Positions 26,025 to 35,421 are shown, counted from the stretch's first letter. The stretch: DNA of 46,416 nucleotides from an uncultured Candidatus Saccharibacteria bacterium (GCA_964590955.1 CAZPYT010000004.1:1-46416), one strand, 5' to 3'. Made by a program: numbers and translations. Notes: generated by a model not told the origin, from the letters alone.

Positions 26025-27923
26025 TTAATCGTTAACAACCTCGCCTTCGACAGTATCCCCATCTTTTTTATCATCTTTTGGTCCGGAGCTACCTGTACTA
26101 CTATTTCCTCCGGCTGGCCCATCTTGGTGCGGTTCATTGTACATACCTTGTCCCACTTTCAAAAGGCTGTCGGATAAATCTTTGGTCTTGTTTTGCAGTT
26201 CGTCTTTGTCTGCGGTTTGTAATACATCTTTCAAAGCTTTTACTTTCGCTTCAACCTCTGTTTTAACATCCACAGCTACTTTATCTCCTGCATCTCTTAA
26301 AGCTTTTTCAGCAGTGTAGATCATATTATCTGCAAGGTTTCTGGCTTCAATCTGTTCTTTCTTTTTCTTGTCTTCGTTTGCGTGTTCTTCAGCATTTTTC
26401 ACCATTTTTTCAATCTCATCTTTGGCTAAACCTGTGCCTCCCTGAATGGCAATCTTTTGCTCTTTGTTAGTAGCTTTATCTTTTGCCGTAACGTGTATAA
26501 TGCCGTTCGCATCAATATCAAATTTTACTTCTACTTGCGGAATTCCTCTAGGCGAAGGTGGTATTCCATCAAGAATAAATCTACCCAGACTTTTATTGTC
26601 GACTGCCATTTCACGTTCACCCTGTAATACGTTAATTTCTACAGAGGTTTGGTTATCTGCCGCAGTACTAAATACCTGTGATGCAGATGTTGGAATTGTT
26701 GTATTGCGTTTAATTAACGGTGTGGTAACTCCGCCCAAGGTTTCTATACCAAGAGTAAGTGGGGTGACATCCAGTAATAAAACGTCTTTAACATCTCCAC
26801 CTAAAACGCCTCCTTGAATGGCTGCTCCCAAGGCAACTACTTCATCCGGATTGATACCTTTGTGCGGTTCTTTACCAAAAAATCCTTTGACCACTTCGTT
26901 TACTTTTGGCATTCTGGTCATTCCGCCAACCATTACCACTTCGTGTATATCAGTCTTATTGATACCTGCGTCTTTCAAAGCGTTAGCCATTGGAGTAATA
27001 GTGCGTTGAATTAGGTCGTCCACTAGTTGTTCCAATTTTGCTCTGGTAAGTTTTATGTTCAAGTGTTTTGGTCCGGTTGTATCCGCTGTAATAAATGGGA
27101 TATTAATTTCGGTTTCCATGCTTGAAGACAGCTCAATTTTTGCTTTTTCTGCAGCATCTTTTAGTCTTTGCATTGCCTGTCGATCACCCTTAAGATCTAC
27201 GCCCTGTTCTGCTTTGAATTGTTCCAGCAGCCAGTCTATTATTTTCTGGTCGAAATCATCTCCGCCCAGGTGTGTATCTCCGTTTGTTGATTTTACTTCA
27301 AAAACTCCTTCACCAATTTCTAAAATTGAAACGTCAAAAGTTCCGCCACCAAGGTCATATACCGCAATTTTTTGTGATGTTTTTTTATCAAGTCCGTATG
27401 CTAATGCTGCTGCTGTCGGTTCATTGATAATTCTTTTTACCTCAAGCCCTGCGATTTGTCCTGCCTCTTTAGTTGCAGTTCTTTGTGCATCATTAAAGTA
27501 TGCCGGAACTGTAATAACTGCTTCTGTTACTTTTCCGCCTAAATAAGTCTCTGCGTCTGCTTTTAATTTAGCCAATATTTTTGCTGAAATTTCTTGAGGT
27601 GTGTAAACAACGTCTTCCACTTTAACTGCAGCCATCCCGTTTTTACTTTCAACTATTTCATATGGATAGTCTTTTTTAAGTTTTTGTACTTCGGGTGAGT
27701 CAAAGCGCATTCCCATTAACCTTTTTACGCTAAAAACCGTACCTTTGGGATTTACCACCTGCTGCCTTTTTGCAGCAACTCCTACCAGATTTGCTTTTGG
27801 TGCGACGACTGAGGGGGTTGTATTACCTCCTTCAACGTTTACTATAACTTTTGATTGGCCACTTTCCATAACGGCCATGGCACTATTTGTTGTACCTAAA
27901 TCGATACCGATTATTTTACTCAT
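26025..27923 (-). CDS. dnaK: Chaperone DnaK (Hsp70)
   Basis: [30 protein letters not shown] 27923 gives the canonical N-terminus and an 8-nt overlap with grpE. Confidence 0.95.
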   Translation of the reverse strand: MSKIIGIDLGTTNSAMAVMESGQSKVIVNVEGGNTTPSVVAPKANLVGVAAKRQQVVNPKGTVFSVKRLMGMRFDSPEVQKLKKDYPYEIVESKNGMAAVKVEDVVYTPQEISAKILAKLKADAETYLGGKVTEAVITVPAYFNDAQRTATKEAGQIAGLEVKRIINEPTAAALAYGLDKKTSQKIAVYDLGGGTFDVSILEIGEGVFEVKSTNGDTHLGGDDFDQKIIDWLLEQFKAEQGVDLKGDRQAMQRLKDAAEKAKIELSSSMETEINIPFITADTTGPKHLNIKLTRAKLEQLVDDLIQRTITPMANALKDAGINKTDIHEVVMVGGMTRMPKVNEVVKGFFGKEPHKGINPDEVVALGAAIQGGVLGGDVKDVLLLDVTPLTLGIETLGGVTTPLIKRNTTIPTSASQVFSTAADNQTSVEINVLQGEREMAVDNKSLGRFILDGIPPSPRGIPQVEVKFDIDANGIIHVTAKDKATNKEQKIAIQGGTGLAKDEIEKMVKNAEEHANEDKKKKEQIEARNLADNMIYTAEKALRDAGDKVAVDVKTEVEAKVKALKDVLQTADKDELQNKTKDLSDSLLKVGQGMYNEPHQDGPAGGNSSTGSSGPKDDKKDGDTVEGEVVND

Positions 27924-28398
27924 TTTTGTTTTCCTTTCCTGCAGCGGTTTCTTCTTTTTCACCGTTGCCAACTTTGACACTAACCGGTCTAATTAATTTT
28001 TCTTTAAATGAATAGCCTTTTCTTACAATTTCTATAACCTTATTTTTTAAACCCTCAACAGTATCAACTGCGTCCATATTTTTGTGATCAAATTCGTCAC
28101 CGAGGTTGACTTTTAATTCATCCAAACCCGCTGCTGTTAACGTATTTTTAAATTCTTTTATAGACATTTTTACGCCCATATCATCAGAATGAATCTCAAT
28201 CATCTCGAAATTGTCTAAAACAGGAAGTAATTGTTCTATAAGCACAATGTTTGCAAATTCAGTAGTGTTCCTTTTTTCTTCTTGTGTTCTTTTTTCAAGA
28301 TTTTTGTAGTCTGCCAGAGCTCTCTTCCAGTTGTTTTCCATTTCTGCAAGTTTAACTTCAAGCTCATTTGTATTGTCTTGTTTCTTATTTTTATCCAT
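27916..28398 (-). CDS. grpE: Nucleotide exchange factor GrpE
   Basis: [12 protein letters not shown] coiled coil plus a C-terminal beta domain. Sits between hrcA and dnaK. Confidence 0.9.
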   Translation of the reverse strand: MDKNKKQDNTNELEVKLAEMENNWKRALADYKNLEKRTQEEKRNTTEFANIVLIEQLLPVLDNFEMIEIHSDDMGVKMSIKEFKNTLTAAGLDELKVNLGDEFDHKNMDAVDTVEGLKNKVIEIVRKGYSFKEKLIRPVSVKVGNGEKEETAAGKENKNE

Positions 28399-28416
28399 AA
28401 ATACTATTTATTTAAT

Positions 28417-29139
28417 TTACCAGGATTCTCCCAGTTCTTGGATTAGGTTTTTTGTAAACCTTACTGTTGGCATCATCGCTTCATATTTCATACGTGCCGG
28501 GCCAAACAGCGCAATGGTTCCTGCTTTTTTGCCTGTTGAGTATGGTGCAAATATGAACGCACAATGTTCTAAATTTTCTATACCAATTTCTGTGCCAATA
28601 ATGGTTCTTACGTCTTTCCCATATGGTGCTTTTTTGAAAATCTCTTCGAGTAGTTCATACCTGTCAATAATCCCTAAAGCAGTTCTTGCTACGTCTATAT
28701 CCCAAAATTCTTTGTGATCAAGAATATTTACTGCCCCGGAGGTCATCACTGTCCCATCGCTTTCTGTTCCTATTGCTAGCGTATGCGTGTTTTCAGCCAG
28801 TGTAACTACAGCATTTCTTAAGAGTTTGTCAAACTCAAACCTGAAAGGCCACAATCGTTGCTTCATTGACACTTCTTGTAGTACCGGCATTTCTTCTTCC
28901 TCTATTAGTTCTTCTAAAAAAAGTCTGTATGCCATAGGTGTTGGCACTCTACCAGAAGATGTATGCAGCATTTCTAAAAACCCCAAATCGATAAGTCGTG
29001 CCATTTCGTTTCTGGCGGTTGCCGGAGAATATCTAAGATTATACTTATCTACCAGCTCCACTGAACCCACAGGTTCTGCGGTTCTTATATATTCGTTTAT
29101 TATTGCGTTCAGCAATTTTAATTGTCTTTCCGATATCAT
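28417..29139 (-). CDS. hrcA: Heat-inducible transcription repressor HrcA (short form)
   Basis: SERQLKLLNAIINEYIRTAEPVGS winged-helix N-terminus; hrcA-grpE-dnaK gene order. Confidence 0.85.
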   Translation of the reverse strand: MISERQLKLLNAIINEYIRTAEPVGSVELVDKYNLRYSPATARNEMARLIDLGFLEMLHTSSGRVPTPMAYRLFLEELIEEEEMPVLQEVSMKQRLWPFRFEFDKLLRNAVVTLAENTHTLAIGTESDGTVMTSGAVNILDHKEFWDIDVARTALGIIDRYELLEEIFKKAPYGKDVRTIIGTEIGIENLEHCAFIFAPYSTGKKAGTIALFGPARMKYEAMMPTVRFTKNLIQELGESW

Positions 29140-29140
29140 C

Positions 29141-29167
29141 TTAGCAGTATTATAGATTGAGTGATAA
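29141..29167. promoter_or_regulatory. CIRCE-like operator (TTAGCAGTA-N9-GAGTGATAA)
   Basis: Compared with the consensus TTAGCACTC-N9-GAGTGCTAA, the left half matches 7/9 and the right half 8/9, with exact 9-nt spacing. It starts 2 nt upstream of the hrcA ATG. Confidence 0.5.
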
Positions 29168-29176
29168 AAATGTCAA
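29149..29176 (-). promoter_or_regulatory. Consensus sigma-70 promoter of hrcA-grpE-dnaK, overlapping CIRCE
   Basis: On the minus strand: TTGACA (29176-29171), 16-nt spacer, TATAAT (29154-29149). The -10 element ends 9 nt before the ATG, which implies a near-leaderless mRNA. Confidence 0.55.
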
Positions 29177-29235
29177 TAGGTGAATGCTTAGTAATTATGT
29201 TTTACTACGCATCTATACTTTTTTGTTAACAAAAT

Positions 29236-29274
29236 AAAAACGACAACTTAGTAGAACTAAAAATTGTCGTTTTT
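29236..29274. terminator. Bidirectional intrinsic terminator after the three small paralogs
   Basis: AAAAACGACAA (29236-29246) pairs with TTGTCGTTTTT (29264-29274). Confidence 0.6.
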
Positions 29275-29278
29275 GTTT

Positions 29279-29527
29279 TCATACATTAGGCTTGGCGGCT
29301 ACCCACAGCTTTCTGATATGATCGTGCACAGATCCCCAGAATTTGTCAGGATCCTCACCTTCAAAAGTAACTTCATTATTATTATACATAGTTACTTTCG
29401 TGATTTTACCGCGGGCAGTGATCTCATTTGCTTTTACAGTCAGAACTTGGCCTAACCTCATTGCTTTTTCAAGCTGAGTTTTCAGACGTTTTCCGGTTAA
29501 CCAGGTAGTTATCAGATTAATCTCCAT
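29279..29527 (-). CDS. Small hypothetical protein, divergent member of a 3-gene paralog set
   Basis: Strong Shine-Dalgarno AAAGGAGG 6 nt upstream. The core RGKITKVTMYNNNEVTFEG matches RGKIDFYEKTGNIITLKG in the neighbouring gene. Confidence 0.6.
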   Translation of the reverse strand: MEINLITTWLTGKRLKTQLEKAMRLGQVLTVKANEITARGKITKVTMYNNNEVTFEGEDPDKFWGSVHDHIRKLWVAAKPNV

Positions 29528-29542
29528 TACTGCCTCCTTTAT

Positions 29543-29791
29543 TCACTGAATCGTGATTTTATTCCCATTGTTAGGATCGAAAATTGCCGTGAACCGCTGA
29601 GTGTTTTTTTCCAAAGTTCCTTTGAGTGTAATTATGTTCCCAGTTTTTTCGTAAAAATCAATTTTTCCCCTTATGTTTTGTCCGTAACCCGGTTTAACTC
29701 TGAAGGTAACAGACCTTTTCTTTGCAGCAATAACCTCAATATTATTTAAGTCCGCATCCCGCAGCGGGTTGTCTTCCAATGGAAGTTCCAT
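29543..29791 (-). CDS. Small hypothetical protein, paralog set member 2
   Basis: Strong Shine-Dalgarno GAGGAGG. TGNIITLKGTLEKN..RFTAIF..GNKITIQ aligns with member 1. Confidence 0.6.
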   Translation of the reverse strand: MELPLEDNPLRDADLNNIEVIAAKKRSVTFRVKPGYGQNIRGKIDFYEKTGNIITLKGTLEKNTQRFTAIFDPNNGNKITIQ

Positions 29792-29801
29792 TTTTGCCTC
29801 C

Positions 29802-30041
29802 TCATGTAATTGTAATTGTTCCGCTTTCCCAGCTCAGTAAAATTCTGGCTGTAAATGCGGTTTCCGAAAGTTCTCCATCTTCTAGCAAATATCCTTTGTA
29901 TGTAATTTTATTGCCGATTTGTTGAGCAGTTTCTACTTTTGCCTGATATTCTTGAAAGAAGATTAGCTCACCTTCCTTAATAATTCTATTGAGGCTGAAT
30001 TTTTTAAGATCATCAGCACTGAGAGTTATTTTTTTTGCCAT
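29802..30041 (-). CDS. Small hypothetical protein, paralog set member 1
   Basis: IGNKITYKGYLLEDG..TAFTARI..SGTITIT aligns with member 2. Confidence 0.55.
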   Translation of the reverse strand: MAKKITLSADDLKKFSLNRIIKEGELIFFQEYQAKVETAQQIGNKITYKGYLLEDGELSETAFTARILLSWESGTITIT

Positions 30042-30110
30042 TTTTACCCGACTTTCTAGCCAACACTTTTGGTTGGACGTATCTTATAGGTTTTTGAGGT
30101 TAGATGCAAA

Positions 30111-30758
30111 TCAGAAAATAGAAACTAGTTTATCAAGAATTTGATTTATTTCTTCAATGCTTTTACTGGCGTCTACTTCTATGAAATAAGGTTCATTTTT
30201 ATAAAATTCTACAACGGGTCCGGTTTCTCTGGCGTATTTTTTAATGCGTTCTTGAATTGCGTCATCCTGTTGGTCTGCTCTTTGGTATAGTTCACTTCCG
30301 TCAATGTCACAAATCCCTGCAATTTTCGGAGGTGAAAACTTTTCGTGATAGATATGGTCTGATTTTTTGCAGGACCATCTGCCCCTTAGTCTTTCCAGCA
30401 TTATTGTAATATCCAAATGAAAATAGAGCACATACGTAATTTTTTGACCGATTTTATCCAGAATTTTTTGCAGTTCTTCAATCTGATTTATATCCCTTGG
30501 GTATCCGTCCAAAATAAAACCTTTTTTGCAATCTTCTTGCGTTAGTCTTTCTTCCACAATTTTGTTGGTAATGTCATCCGGTACTAAACCTCCCTCATCC
30601 ATATATTTTTTTACCTGTAAACCCAAGTCTGTTTCATTTTTTGTATGGAATCTAAACAAGTCACCTGTCGAAATATGAGGGATATTAAGTTTTTTAGACA
30701 AGAATTCTGCCTGTGTGCCTTTTCCTGAACCCGGCATGCCAATCGGTATAATAATCAT
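30111..30758 (-). CDS. adk: Adenylate kinase
   Basis: P-loop GMPGSGKGTQ, GDLFR, and a lid region. Confidence 0.9.
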   Translation of the reverse strand: MIIIPIGMPGSGKGTQAEFLSKKLNIPHISTGDLFRFHTKNETDLGLQVKKYMDEGGLVPDDITNKIVEERLTQEDCKKGFILDGYPRDINQIEELQKILDKIGQKITYVLYFHLDITIMLERLRGRWSCKKSDHIYHEKFSPPKIAGICDIDGSELYQRADQQDDAIQERIKKYARETGPVVEFYKNEPYFIEVDASKSIEEINQILDKLVSIF

Positions 30759-30780
30759 TTTTAAATGATACCAGATGTGC

Positions 30781-32577
30781 TTACGATTTTAATACTTGTC
30801 TAAACGCTTCTTGAGGGATATCAACTTTGCCGAATCTTTTTAATCTTTCTTTACCTTTTTTTTGAATTTCCAGCAATTTATCTTTTCTTTCTCTATGCCC
30901 GCCTGACATTTTTGCCAAAACATTCTTTCTCAAAGCTGAAATATCTTCTCGTGCAATTATTTTTCCGCCAATGGCTGCCTGCAAAGAAACTTTAAATTGC
31001 TGTTTTGGTATTACTTCTTTTAGTTTTTTAAGTAGCGTTCTACCGGTTTGTTCTGCCCTATCTTTCAAAACAATGTGTGAAAGCGGTGCAACTACCTCAT
31101 TGTGAATAAGAATATCCATTTTTACTGCTTTGACGCTTCGGTAATCAGAAAATTCATAATCCAAACTGGCAAATCCTGACGAAACAGTTTTCAAATCATC
31201 ATAAAAATTATAAACAAGCTCTGATAAGGGCAAGCCGTATTCAAACACTACTCTGTTTTCAGTCGGGTAATCCATTTTTAACATTTCACCTCTTCGCTCT
31301 TCACATAAAGAGATTATCCCGCCTACATACATCGCGGGAGATACGATGTTTAGTTTTATCCAAGGTTCGTATATGTTTTTAATTTTTGTTACATCAGGAA
31401 AGTCCGCTGCTGCCTTTACCCATAATACTTCATCGTTTGTAAGTTCTACCTTATATTCAACTGTTGGTGTTGTTGCAATTAGCTCTAGCGAGTATTCCCG
31501 TTCAAGCCTTTCCTGAATAATGTCGGCATGCAGGAGTCCTAAAAAGCCACACCTAAAGCCAAAGCCCAATGCCGAAGAGGTTTCGGGTTCGAAACTGAGA
31601 GATGCGTCTGATAAGGCTAGTTTTTCTAAAGCTGTTCTCAGGTTTGGAAATTTATTATTTTCTGTAGGAAAAATTGACACGAATACGAATGGTTTAACTT
31701 CTTTATATCCCGGCAAGGCTTTAACGTTTTCATAGCCATCATACATTGTGATCGTATCTCCGACTTTTACTTTTCGAATCTCTTTCATACCTGTTGCTAT
31801 AAACCCTACTTCTCCAGCTTCCAGAGTTTCTATATTTTTTCTTTGAGGAATGAAAATGCCTATCCCCTCCGGTTTTGAGACAGCTCTCGTGGCGAGAAAT
31901 CTTACTTTTCTATCCTCTTTGAATTCTCGTGATGAGAATGATCCGTCTACAATTTTTATGGCAGCCATTACTCCCAAGAACTCGTCGTAAAAAGTGTCAA
32001 AAACCAAGGCGCGTGTTTTTAAGGTTCTACTGCCCCGCGGTTCCGGAACTTTTTCGATTAAAACTTGAAGTAGATTTTCTACACCTTCTCCGGTTTTTGC
32101 CGAAACAGTTAGTATTTCATCTGATGAAAAACCAAAAGTGTTGCGAAGATCGCTTTTTACCTCTTCTGTGTTTGAACTTGGTAAATCAATTTTATTTATT
32201 ACAGGCAGTATAGTGAGATTTGCATCCAATGCTTTATAAACATTCGACACTGTTTGTGCTTGTATACCCTGTGTAGCGTCAACTATTAAAATTGCGCCTT
32301 CGCAAGCCGCCAGCGACCTGGATACTTCATAAGAAAAGTCAACGTGTCCCGGAGTATCTATCAAGTTGAGCTGATAACCTTTATATTGCATTCTCACAGC
32401 TTTTAATTTAATAGTTATTCCTTTTTCCTGCTCCAGTTCCATTGAGTCAAGTAACCGCTCTTTTAATTTTCTTTTTTCAACAGTGTTTGTTATCTCCAGT
32501 AGTCTATCCGCCAGTGTAGACTTGCCGTGGTCAATATGGGCTATTATGCAGAAGTTTCTTATTTTATTTTGATCCAT
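30781..32577 (-). CDS. lepA: Translation elongation factor 4 (LepA)
   Basis: IRNFCIIAHIDHGKSTLADRLL, DTPGHVDF, NKID, and the LepA C-terminal domain. Confidence 0.95.
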   Translation of the reverse strand: MDQNKIRNFCIIAHIDHGKSTLADRLLEITNTVEKRKLKERLLDSMELEQEKGITIKLKAVRMQYKGYQLNLIDTPGHVDFSYEVSRSLAACEGAILIVDATQGIQAQTVSNVYKALDANLTILPVINKIDLPSSNTEEVKSDLRNTFGFSSDEILTVSAKTGEGVENLLQVLIEKVPEPRGSRTLKTRALVFDTFYDEFLGVMAAIKIVDGSFSSREFKEDRKVRFLATRAVSKPEGIGIFIPQRKNIETLEAGEVGFIATGMKEIRKVKVGDTITMYDGYENVKALPGYKEVKPFVFVSIFPTENNKFPNLRTALEKLALSDASLSFEPETSSALGFGFRCGFLGLLHADIIQERLEREYSLELIATTPTVEYKVELTNDEVLWVKAAADFPDVTKIKNIYEPWIKLNIVSPAMYVGGIISLCEERRGEMLKMDYPTENRVVFEYGLPLSELVYNFYDDLKTVSSGFASLDYEFSDYRSVKAVKMDILIHNEVVAPLSHIVLKDRAEQTGRTLLKKLKEVIPKQQFKVSLQAAIGGKIIAREDISALRKNVLAKMSGGHRERKDKLLEIQKKGKERLKRFGKVDIPQEAFRQVLKS

Positions 32578-32600
32578 GATAAGGGGATTTTAGCAGATAT

Positions 32601-32957
32601 TTAGTTATTATTAACATTTTTCCTTATCGGAATATCAGGTTCGCTAAACTTTGTCATATTAAATACTTGTACAATGTAATTCTGTGCTTTTTCGTAATCG
32701 TCGAATCCGGTTTTATCTACAAACTGTTTGACGGCATAACTCAGTTTTTCCGGACCCCTACTTGCACCAGGGAACTTCACTTCTGACTCATAGATTATAT
32801 CTGCTGCGATGTGTACAGACTCTTCAAAAATTTTACTATTCTTTTCCTTTTTTCTTTTACTTATGATTTTGGAAGTTAAGAAGCCCCCAAAAAATATGAG
32901 CGCGCCTTGTGATATTTCTACAATAAGGCTTTCTATTAGATTTGAAAAATATTGCAT
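32601..32957 (-). CDS. Small single-TM protein, possibly holin LL-H-family-like (low confidence)
   Basis: An N-terminal TM followed by a soluble helical tail (GPEKLSYAVKQFVDKTG). Confidence 0.45.
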   Translation of the reverse strand: MQYFSNLIESLIVEISQGALIFFGGFLTSKIISKRKKEKNSKIFEESVHIAADIIYESEVKFPGASRGPEKLSYAVKQFVDKTGFDDYEKAQNYIVQVFNMTKFSEPDIPIRKNVNNN

Positions 32958-32982
32958 GGGCTGATTTTACACAATATTTGAC

Positions 32983-34629
32983 TTATTTAATATCTTCTCT
33001 CATACCGATTGTTGACGTGGCCACCAAATCCCCCTCAGTTTTAAAAGTTTTGATGTTTAATTTTTTCAAAAGTCTGTAGAACAACTCAATTTCTTTGACT
33101 TTAAACAACCATGTTAGTGAAATATAGGTTGCCATCCCAAAAAAAGCGGCGATAGCAGTTAAGAATAATAGAGGTATTACCCTGGTTGTATCAAAAACAA
33201 ATTGATCAAGTAATTTCAGAGGTAAATATAATGCTATTCCCATAAAAAGTGCTGCATAACTGATTTTTGTAAAAGGCACAATCAATGCATCCCATTCTAT
33301 TCCTCCAACCTTTGATCTCAAGAGTGCAAGCAGAATAATAAAAGTAATAATTGATGTAATTGAAAAAGATAATGCTATTGCCCATACACCAAGTTTCATA
33401 TATTCCACGAACAGCAGGGTAATAAAAATATTTAGAAATAGTGTCAATGTGCTGACTTTTACCGGAGTGTTAGTGTCTTTTAGCGCATAAAACGCTCTGG
33501 TAATTAGGTAAATGCCGCTTTGTGCAAAAATTCCCAAACTAAAAAATGCCAACGCATATGATGTTTTTACTGTGGCTTCCCAGGGAAATGTTGCTGCCCC
33601 ATAAACAATTCTAACTACAGGTACACGCAAAATTAACAATATTACACTTGCAGGTATAACCAAATACATCATTTGATGAAACGATGTAATAAAGGTTTTT
33701 TTAAAAGCGCTCAGGTTTAAGTCATCTCCTTCTTCAGACAAGGTAGGCAAGCTGGCATGTGCTATTGAAAATCCGAAAAGGTGTACAGGAAAAAATTGTA
33801 GCTGGTTGGCAAATTTTAGATGTACTACTGCCGACGTAGAAATCAAAATAGCAAAACTGTTATTTATTGTAGAAATTAAATTGTTGATTAATACGCTGCC
33901 TATTCTTGAAGGCATTAGCTTAAAAATTTCGGCTGTACCGTTTTTGTGAAAGCGCAATCTAAGCAGTTCGTAATTAATACTTATTTTCCTAAGCATTGGT
34001 AGTTGTACCATAAAATGCAGCACTGCCCCTATTACAACACCAATTGCCGGTCCATAAATGCCCAGAGGTTTTGCCAAAAATATAATTCCGGCGATCATTC
34101 CCAGGTTGTACATAATTGGTGCAATTGCCGGTATCAAAAAATGTTTAAATGATTGAAGAATGCTGGTAATGATACTGCTGACAACCAGTAAAATTTGTGC
34201 AGCCAGCATAATTCTCATTAAAAAAGTTCCCAGGCGGATACTATCTTCGTCAAATTTACCCACAGACAGCAGCCTCATTATAATTGGAGCTGCAAAAAAA
34301 ATGACTGTAGCTAAAATAACAAAGAAACCTAAGGTGATGTTAATCATCGAAGACGCGGTATCCCATGCCTTTTCTTTATTTTTCTTATACATGGTTGTAA
34401 AGACGGGGATGAAAACTGTGGACAACGCACCTACAACAAGCACAGAGTAAATTAAATCCGGTATTCGATCAGCAGTGTAAAAAACCGCCAGCTCTTTGGA
34501 GTCGCCAAAAAAAGTAGCCATTAAACGACCTTTAACAAAACCAAGAACAGCATTAATTCCGCTTGCCACGGATAAAACGGCAGCTGCAGATAAAATTGAT
34601 TTTTGGGTAATAGCAATATTTTTTAGCAT
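32983..34629 (-). CDS. murJ: Lipid II flippase MurJ (MviN family)
   Basis: About 14 TM segments and the MurJ-type N-terminus SAAAVLSVASGINAVLGFVKGRLMATFFG. Confidence 0.85.
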   Translation of the reverse strand: MLKNIAITQKSILSAAAVLSVASGINAVLGFVKGRLMATFFGDSKELAVFYTADRIPDLIYSVLVVGALSTVFIPVFTTMYKKNKEKAWDTASSMINITLGFFVILATVIFFAAPIIMRLLSVGKFDEDSIRLGTFLMRIMLAAQILLVVSSIITSILQSFKHFLIPAIAPIMYNLGMIAGIIFLAKPLGIYGPAIGVVIGAVLHFMVQLPMLRKISINYELLRLRFHKNGTAEIFKLMPSRIGSVLINNLISTINNSFAILISTSAVVHLKFANQLQFFPVHLFGFSIAHASLPTLSEEGDDLNLSAFKKTFITSFHQMMYLVIPASVILLILRVPVVRIVYGAATFPWEATVKTSYALAFFSLGIFAQSGIYLITRAFYALKDTNTPVKVSTLTLFLNIFITLLFVEYMKLGVWAIALSFSITSIITFIILLALLRSKVGGIEWDALIVPFTKISYAALFMGIALYLPLKLLDQFVFDTTRVIPLLFLTAIAAFFGMATYISLTWLFKVKEIELFYRLLKKLNIKTFKTEGDLVATSTIGMREDIK

Positions 34630-34686
34630 GTTCTATGTGGTATTTTACCTAATGTTCTTTGGATTATAAAGGGTGGTTTTGTTATG

Positions 34687-34728
34687 AAAAAAAACAGGAA
34701 CCGTAAACTTTTTATTCACGATTCCTTG
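34687..34728 (-). terminator. Probable intrinsic terminator
   Basis: On the minus strand CAAGGAA pairs with TTCCTG, followed by TTTTTTTT, directly after the stop at 34734. Confidence 0.4.
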
Positions 34729-34733
34729 AGTTT

Positions 34734-35063
34734 TTATTTTTCTGCCTTTTGCAGGACCCAGTGTCCTAGATATGCTGCAGCACATCCCCCAATAATTCCA
34801 GCAGTTACAATTCCAGTGGATATCAGAGTGATAAAGAGATCTTCACTCGGTAGTATGAGAAATGTGCCCAGTGCTATTACTGCCCTGCAACACATAAATA
34901 CTACAATTCCGCCAAGTAGCCCAATCAATAGTCGCGGTTGGGGTTTGAAGTCCTCATTAAGAAGTCCCCATACTGTCGCGGGAATTATGTACATTGGCAT
35001 ACCTATGAAAAAGCTTACAAGTGCAGTTATGCCTACCGCAATACAGATCAGTAAAGGTAGCAT
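34734..35063 (-). CDS. Small polytopic membrane protein, hypothetical
   Basis: 109 aa with 3-4 TM segments and a GGGAG Shine-Dalgarno sequence. The antisense ORF on the plus strand was rejected. Confidence 0.5.
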   Translation of the reverse strand: MLPLLICIAVGITALVSFFIGMPMYIIPATVWGLLNEDFKPQPRLLIGLLGGIVVFMCCRAVIALGTFLILPSEDLFITLISTGIVTAGIIGGCAAAYLGHWVLQKAEK

Positions 35064-35073
35064 TTCTTCTCCC

Positions 35074-35421
35074 TTATCTTTTAGTAATTTGATCTATGAG
35101 CCCCTTGATGCCCTTTGTCATAAACCAAAGTGAAATCATTGTAAGGATAGTTGTCCCGTTGCCCATCGCATACAAAGATGCGAAGTTCCCACTGACCGTA
35201 TAACCCAGTGCCCTGGCTGCGAAAGATACAAAAAATACGGCTAATATACCCGACAGTGCAGGAACAGAAAAGTAGCACGTTTCGGCGAAAGTTGGGAGTT
35301 GTGGTTCCTTTTCTTTCATAATTTCCACAACTATATTTATCGCGATCAGTGCAAAAAATACAATGCCTCCGCAAACAAACCCGGCAACTACGATAACGAT
35401 AGCCGTTTCTAAATTAAACAT
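35074..35421 (-). CDS. Small polytopic membrane protein, hypothetical
   Basis: Internal ATG 35421 with an AAGGAAA Shine-Dalgarno sequence; 115 aa, 3-4 TM segments. Confidence 0.5.
   Translation of the reverse strand: MFNLETAIVIVVAGFVCGGIVFFALIAINIVVEIMKEKEPQLPTFAETCYFSVPALSGILAVFFVSFAARALGYTVSGNFASLYAMGNGTTILTMISLWFMTKGIKGLIDQITKR

Noticed and set aside
25729-26028. A 99-aa plus-strand ORF in the spacer downstream of dnaK.
   Set aside because: It reads straight through the strong bidirectional terminator at 25968-25997 and into the dnaK stop. It has no Shine-Dalgarno sequence, and hairpin-rich RNA is a more likely explanation.
27055-27546. A 163-aa ORF, plus several other ORFs of 60-120 aa, on the plus strand inside dnaK.
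   Set aside because: They are antisense to a highly conserved Hsp70 gene. Long antisense ORFs are a known artefact of hsp70 codon structure, and their composition is S/P/C-rich and not protein-like.
34684-35133. A 149-aa plus-strand ORF covering the small membrane-protein genes.
   Set aside because: Its composition is not protein-like (S/P/I-rich). The minus-strand ORFs have Shine-Dalgarno sequences, TM segments and a terminator in the right orientation.
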